Positions 60,565-64,000 of a stretch of DNA of 64,000 bases are shown here, one piece after another. Source of the stretch: a virus. The stretch's first letter is position 1; each line of letters opens with the position of its first letter. The notes under the pieces were generated by a model, which made no database searches, was not told the DNA's origin, and saw nothing but the letters and a program-made list of their open reading frames with translations. The position numbers and the translations under genes were made by a program. Location of the stretch: positions 1 to 64,000 of IMG/VR virus record IMGVR_UViG_3300006990_000020; one strand, 5' to 3'.

Positions 60565-60885
60565 TCAGTTTTCCTCGTTTATAAACACTTGAACGTGGAC
60601 TTTGCCTGTAAAGTTTGATGAAGACTCTATTGTTACTGTTGTACTTGTCAATGACGTGATGAAAACATTAACATTGTCATCTGCAGGCGTAGCAGCAATA
60701 ACAGGAATTTGAGTGTACGTTTCAGTAAAAGTGTACGTTTCTTCATGAGAGTTATTAAAGTCTAGTATAGTAACTTCTGACGCACCCTGACCAAGCATGT
60801 TTATCTCATCATAGATAGGCCTAGTTCTAATCAAAGGATACACCTTTTTGTATCTGTTTAAATCATATTTGCTTTTAATAAACAT
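60565..60885 (-). CDS. Small beta-sandwich protein, paralog of the 72 aa neighbour
   Basis: TYTFTETYTQIPVIAAT...ITSLTSTTVTI...VHVQV. Confidence 0.6.
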   Translation of the reverse strand: MFIKSKYDLNRYKKVYPLIRTRPIYDEINMLGQGASEVTILDFNNSHEETYTFTETYTQIPVIAATPADDNVNVFITSLTSTTVTIESSSNFTGKVHVQVFINEEN

Positions 60886-60900
60886 GTATCATCCTATTAG

Positions 60901-62259
60901 TTAAAGAAGTTTTGCTGCAACGTTTGCCAATTCTGATCTGTATCCTTTTTCAAAGTTAACGTGACCAGTGACAATTTCATTCTTAAGTTTCTCTATGATA
61001 ATTGTTAAACCATTTGAGTCTTTATCTATATATGGCAAATCAACTTGCTCTATATCTCCAAGCAAAACTATTTTAGAGTTTTTGCCTGTCCTCGTAATTA
61101 CAGTTTTAAGTTCATGAACTGTTGCATTTTGTGCTTCGTCTACAATGATGACTGCATCATTAAAGCTTCGACCTCTTATATACGAGAGAGGTGCAATATC
61201 AATAGTTCCTTTTTCCATCATGATGTCGAAGTAAGATAAGTCACCAAATTGATTTCTAAAATTATCAACAATAGGTGCTAACCAAGGTGACATTTTTTCG
61301 TTTAATGTTCCTGGGAGAAAACCTATATCTTTACCAACAGTCTGGATTGGTCTAGTAAAAATAATTCTGTTCTTTTGTTCTCTTTCTATTTTTTTAAGTG
61401 CAGACATGAGTGTCAAATAGGTTTTGCCACTTCCAGGCACACCAGTCAACGTAACCAGTGGAATATTGTCATCTTCTAAAAGATTTAATGCAAATATCTG
61501 CTCTTTGTTTTTCGCTTCAATTCCTAACTTGCTATAAAGTTCAGACTTAGACTTAATTAACTCTAAAGCGTTACCACGTTTGGCGCAAAGCGCTGATCCT
61601 GAATTGTTGTCAATTGATTTTAACACTACAAATTCATTTTGCGATATTGTTAAAGGATCAATACCTACTGTCTTAACAAGTGTACTCATTGCCAAAGACT
61701 TATGACTATATAGAGAATTAATTACGCCGGCATCTACGTGAATTTCTTTGTATCCTTTGAAAATGCCATCATTGTCTTTCTTGTTCTTAATAAAAGAATA
61801 ATCAGCATAGTAGTCATTAGCATCGAGACCAGCTGCATCAGCTTTAACTCTTAGGTTTATATCTTTAGTAACTATTATTACCTTTTGATTAGACAAACCG
61901 TTTTGATTTCGTTTTACATAGTTTGCATTAGACAAGATCATGTTGTCATTATTAGTTTTGTCTAGAGTATCAATACCTTCCCAACATTGGTCTGTTATGA
62001 CTTTAATAAGAGTTTTGCTGTCTTTAATCTCTGATGGGTATATGCCTTCATTTAGGCTTCCTTCGCTTCTTATTTCATCAAGAAATCTATTGAAGTATCT
62101 TGAGTTTTCTCCTAAAATTCCTTCTCTGCTTTTAAACCTATCTAGTTCTTCTAAGACTGTCATAGGAATGTATATATCGTTATCTTTTAAATTAAAGATA
62201 CAGTTCCTGTCATAAAGCAGCACGCTAGTATCAATAACAAATATTTTTCGATCAGACAT
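60901..62259 (-). CDS. phoH: PIN-domain PhoH-family ATPase (PhoH2/YlaK-type)
   Basis: PIN: FVIDTSVLL, EELD, NNDNMIL, VTKDINLRVKA; PhoH: GVPGSGKT, IGFLPG, RGRSF, DEAQN, GDIEQ. Confidence 0.95.
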   Translation of the reverse strand: MSDRKIFVIDTSVLLYDRNCIFNLKDNDIYIPMTVLEELDRFKSREGILGENSRYFNRFLDEIRSEGSLNEGIYPSEIKDSKTLIKVITDQCWEGIDTLDKTNNDNMILSNANYVKRNQNGLSNQKVIIVTKDINLRVKADAAGLDANDYYADYSFIKNKKDNDGIFKGYKEIHVDAGVINSLYSHKSLAMSTLVKTVGIDPLTISQNEFVVLKSIDNNSGSALCAKRGNALELIKSKSELYSKLGIEAKNKEQIFALNLLEDDNIPLVTLTGVPGSGKTYLTLMSALKKIEREQKNRIIFTRPIQTVGKDIGFLPGTLNEKMSPWLAPIVDNFRNQFGDLSYFDIMMEKGTIDIAPLSYIRGRSFNDAVIIVDEAQNATVHELKTVITRTGKNSKIVLLGDIEQVDLPYIDKDSNGLTIIIEKLKNEIVTGHVNFEKGYRSELANVAAKLL

Positions 62260-62330
62260 TTATAAAACCTTTCCAAAAGTTATAAACTATAATAGTAAAT
62301 ATTTTAGTAATAAGAAAGGTTTATATTATT

Positions 62331-62609
62331 ATGAGTATTAAAGATACAACATGCTTTACAGCACACAAACAAAAAAACAAGTCGTGCCAGAATAAAAAAT
62401 GTAGATTCTGGCACGACTTGTCTGATTCAAATGACTGTATGATCAATAAAGTTAATCAAACAGAAGATATTACCCTACAAGAAGTAGGAAATTTTTTTGG
62501 CATTACAAGAATGAGAGTTTGTCAGATTGAAAAAGCTTCTTTAGATAAGCTAAGAAAAAAGTCTTACTTGTCTGATGATAAGGTAAACTTAACAAAGTCT
62601 CCGGAATAG
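62331..62609 (+). CDS. Stand-alone sigma70 region-4-like HTH protein with Cys-rich N-terminus
   Basis: ITLQEVGNFFGITRMRVCQIEKASLDKLRK closely matches region 4.2 (TLEEVG...VTRERIRQIE..AL.KLR); four N-terminal Cys. Confidence 0.82.
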   Translation: MSIKDTTCFTAHKQKNKSCQNKKCRFWHDLSDSNDCMINKVNQTEDITLQEVGNFFGITRMRVCQIEKASLDKLRKKSYLSDDKVNLTKSPE

Positions 62610-62800
62610 TTCTTTAAAAGTCGCAAGCTTTTCCTAAGTCTTGTTCCTGCAGCCTTGTTTCCACCGGAGTTTTTTAGCATATCTGTCTCCATAGACTCTA
62701 GCAAAACCTTAAGCCTAGAATAATGCTCTGTGACAGAAGCTGGATCAATCGTGGTATCGTTATCTAATGAGTCAATTTGGTCGTCAACATGATCTGACAT
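62564..62800 (-). CDS. Histone H1-like (Hc1 N-domain-type) small protein
   Basis: GNKAAGTRLRKSL motif; AAAGGA SD. Confidence 0.65.
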   Translation of the reverse strand: MSDHVDDQIDSLDNDTTIDPASVTEHYSRLKVLLESMETDMLKNSGGNKAAGTRLRKSLRLLKNYSGDFVKFTLSSDK

Positions 62801-62829
62801 TTTTTGTTCCTTTCAATATTTTAGTAGTG

Positions 62830-63054
62830 TTATAGTATCAAAGATTCTTTTTTTTGTAAATCAGAATTTTGGCCTGGTTTCACAATAGACGTTATTTCTC
62901 TCATCATATCAGCATTTTCTAGCTCTAAAGCTAGAAACTCAATAATTTTAACAATCTCTTGCTCGTTAACACCAAAACTAATAATTTCTTGATGGATATC
63001 TCTACATTTTTGAATTGACTTAAAGTCTGTTAATTCATTTGGATTTAAATTCAT
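62830..63054 (-). CDS. Hypothetical protein (74 aa)
   Basis: Coupled ORF (TAATG); CRDIHQEIISFGV...LALELE. Confidence 0.65.
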   Translation of the reverse strand: MNLNPNELTDFKSIQKCRDIHQEIISFGVNEQEIVKIIEFLALELENADMMREITSIVKPGQNSDLQKKESLIL

Positions 63055-63530
63055 TATAAGTACCTCTGGAGTATTTCTTTTTTAAGTTTAAAACTATTGT
63101 CTTCGTCTATATTCAAAGCTTTTAAAATAACGTTATTATCAGACTCTTTTCTTTCTAAAACAACACTGCCTGAAATGTTGTTTTCTAATATGTGCTCTAT
63201 CATTTCCCAGTCTGATACGTCTAGACTGGACTTTTCTAGAAGCGATACAATTTTTTCAAAGCCTTGAGCTTCTAAGTTAAATTTTATATCGTCTTTTGAC
63301 GTAATTAAACTTTTTACGTCTTCTTGTCCCCATTTAACCTCACTTTTAAATACCTCATAGACTCTATGAATAATACCACAGTTATTACACGCCACATACT
63401 TTTCTTTAATATCACCGTTTTCATCTACTTGAGAGAAAACAGGTATTTTATGATAAATAGGTTTGGACTTGTTTTTAAAAATAGATAAGACACATTGGCA
63501 TTCTATTAGATGTTTAACATGATCAGACAT
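63054..63530 (-). CDS. Hypothetical Zn-binding protein (~158 aa)
   Basis: HLIECQC and CNNCGIIH; start moved to ATG 63530. Confidence 0.65.
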   Translation of the reverse strand: MSDHVKHLIECQCVLSIFKNKSKPIYHKIPVFSQVDENGDIKEKYVACNNCGIIHRVYEVFKSEVKWGQEDVKSLITSKDDIKFNLEAQGFEKIVSLLEKSSLDVSDWEMIEHILENNISGSVVLERKESDNNVILKALNIDEDNSFKLKKEILQRYL

Positions 63531-63999
63531 TTTTTTCTTCACTTTTTATTTTGACAACACAACCTATTTGGTTTATACTGTTAACTATAGAATCAGTCAT
63601 TTGATTAATGTAATCAAAAGATTTTTTTGGATAATGAACATTATCATGCTTGATTACTCCTCCTGTTGCTATTTGATTATAAAGTCTAACAGCAGACTTC
63701 ATGTCTTGTATTAATTTTATTTCTTTTTCTGGAATAGAAATTTTTGTAATGTTTGGAGAAAGCCTGTTTTTTCTCTTTATTAAATATTGCTGCAAGCTGG
63801 GGTCGTAGCTTTTAGATATTTTTTCTGTTATTTTATTAACTGCACTTACTGGTTTATCATAAAACTCAATAAAGTCTTTGCTTAGTTTTAATTTGACAAT
63901 ATTCGACTTTTTTAACAAGTCTTTATAGAAAACATCTCCAGCTTCTGCGGAAACTTTTTCTACGTTAAGCGCTGAGCATATGTCATCAAGAAGAAAAGG
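63523..63999 (-). CDS. 3' part of a gene running off the window end; weak GroEL/chaperonin-like similarity
   Basis: The frame stays open upstream of 63918 (PFLLDDICSALNVEKVSAEAGDVFYKDL...); several segments are collinear with the GroEL C-terminal half. Confidence 0.5.
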   Translation of the reverse strand, partial: PFLLDDICSALNVEKVSAEAGDVFYKDLLKKSNIVKLKLSKDFIEFYDKPVSAVNKITEKISKSYDPSLQQYLIKRKNRLSPNITKISIPEKEIKLIQDMKSAVRLYNQIATGGVIKHDNVHYPKKSFDYINQMTDSIVNSINQIGCVVKIKSEEKNV

Positions 64000-64000
64000 A

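Noticed and set aside
45555-60885. Diversity-generating retroelement or invertible shufflon acting on the fibres
   Set aside because: No reverse transcriptase, invertase or nucleotide-level TR/VR pair seen by eye; the similarities are protein-level only.
1191-62215. Dozens of short ORFs lying antisense to or inside long genes (e.g. 4802..5287, 45635..46141, 53032..53397)
   Set aside because: They are shadows of well-supported genes, with no motifs and composition explained by the coding strand.
1-64000. Alternative genetic code (stop recoding)
   Set aside because: Code-11 ORFs tile the window densely, and TAA, TAG and TGA all end genes at sensible boundaries.
1-64000. tRNA, rRNA or rho-independent terminators
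   Set aside because: Intergenic gaps are short and AT-rich; no cloverleaf or GC stem plus U-tract was recognised (no scan was run).

Overview
This 64 kb window is a gene-dense, AT-rich segment of a large T4-superfamily-like (contractile-tailed, possibly jumbo) dsDNA phage genome using the standard genetic code; almost all genes are on the minus strand. In window order it holds: (i) a head/packaging block (prohead protease, portal, terminase large subunit); (ii) a DNA-processing block (single-chain Mre11/SbcD-Rad50/SbcC fusion, primase, RuvC-like resolvase); (iii) about 30 kb of baseplate-type genes (LamG/FN3 proteins, gpI-, gp6/gpJ-, gp25- and gp5-like); (iv) a gp55-like late sigma factor, two GT4 glycosyltransferases and a Cas4/AddB-like nuclease; (v) a 3-gene plus-strand island and about 13 kb of mosaic fibre/adhesin/decoration genes; (vi) PIN-PhoH, a stand-alone Cys-rich sigma region-4 protein, an Hc1-like protein and a partial gene resembling a degenerate GroEL. 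The main leads are an oriented intergenic motif AATA[ACT]TTAG (candidate late promoter) with a possible two-part sigma system, an apparently split and duplicated tail-fibre attachment domain, a GT pair that may glycosylate the virion, and the degenerate chaperonin. No rRNA, tRNA, CRISPR array, integrase or IS was recognised. All calls come from motif reading by eye; no searches were run.
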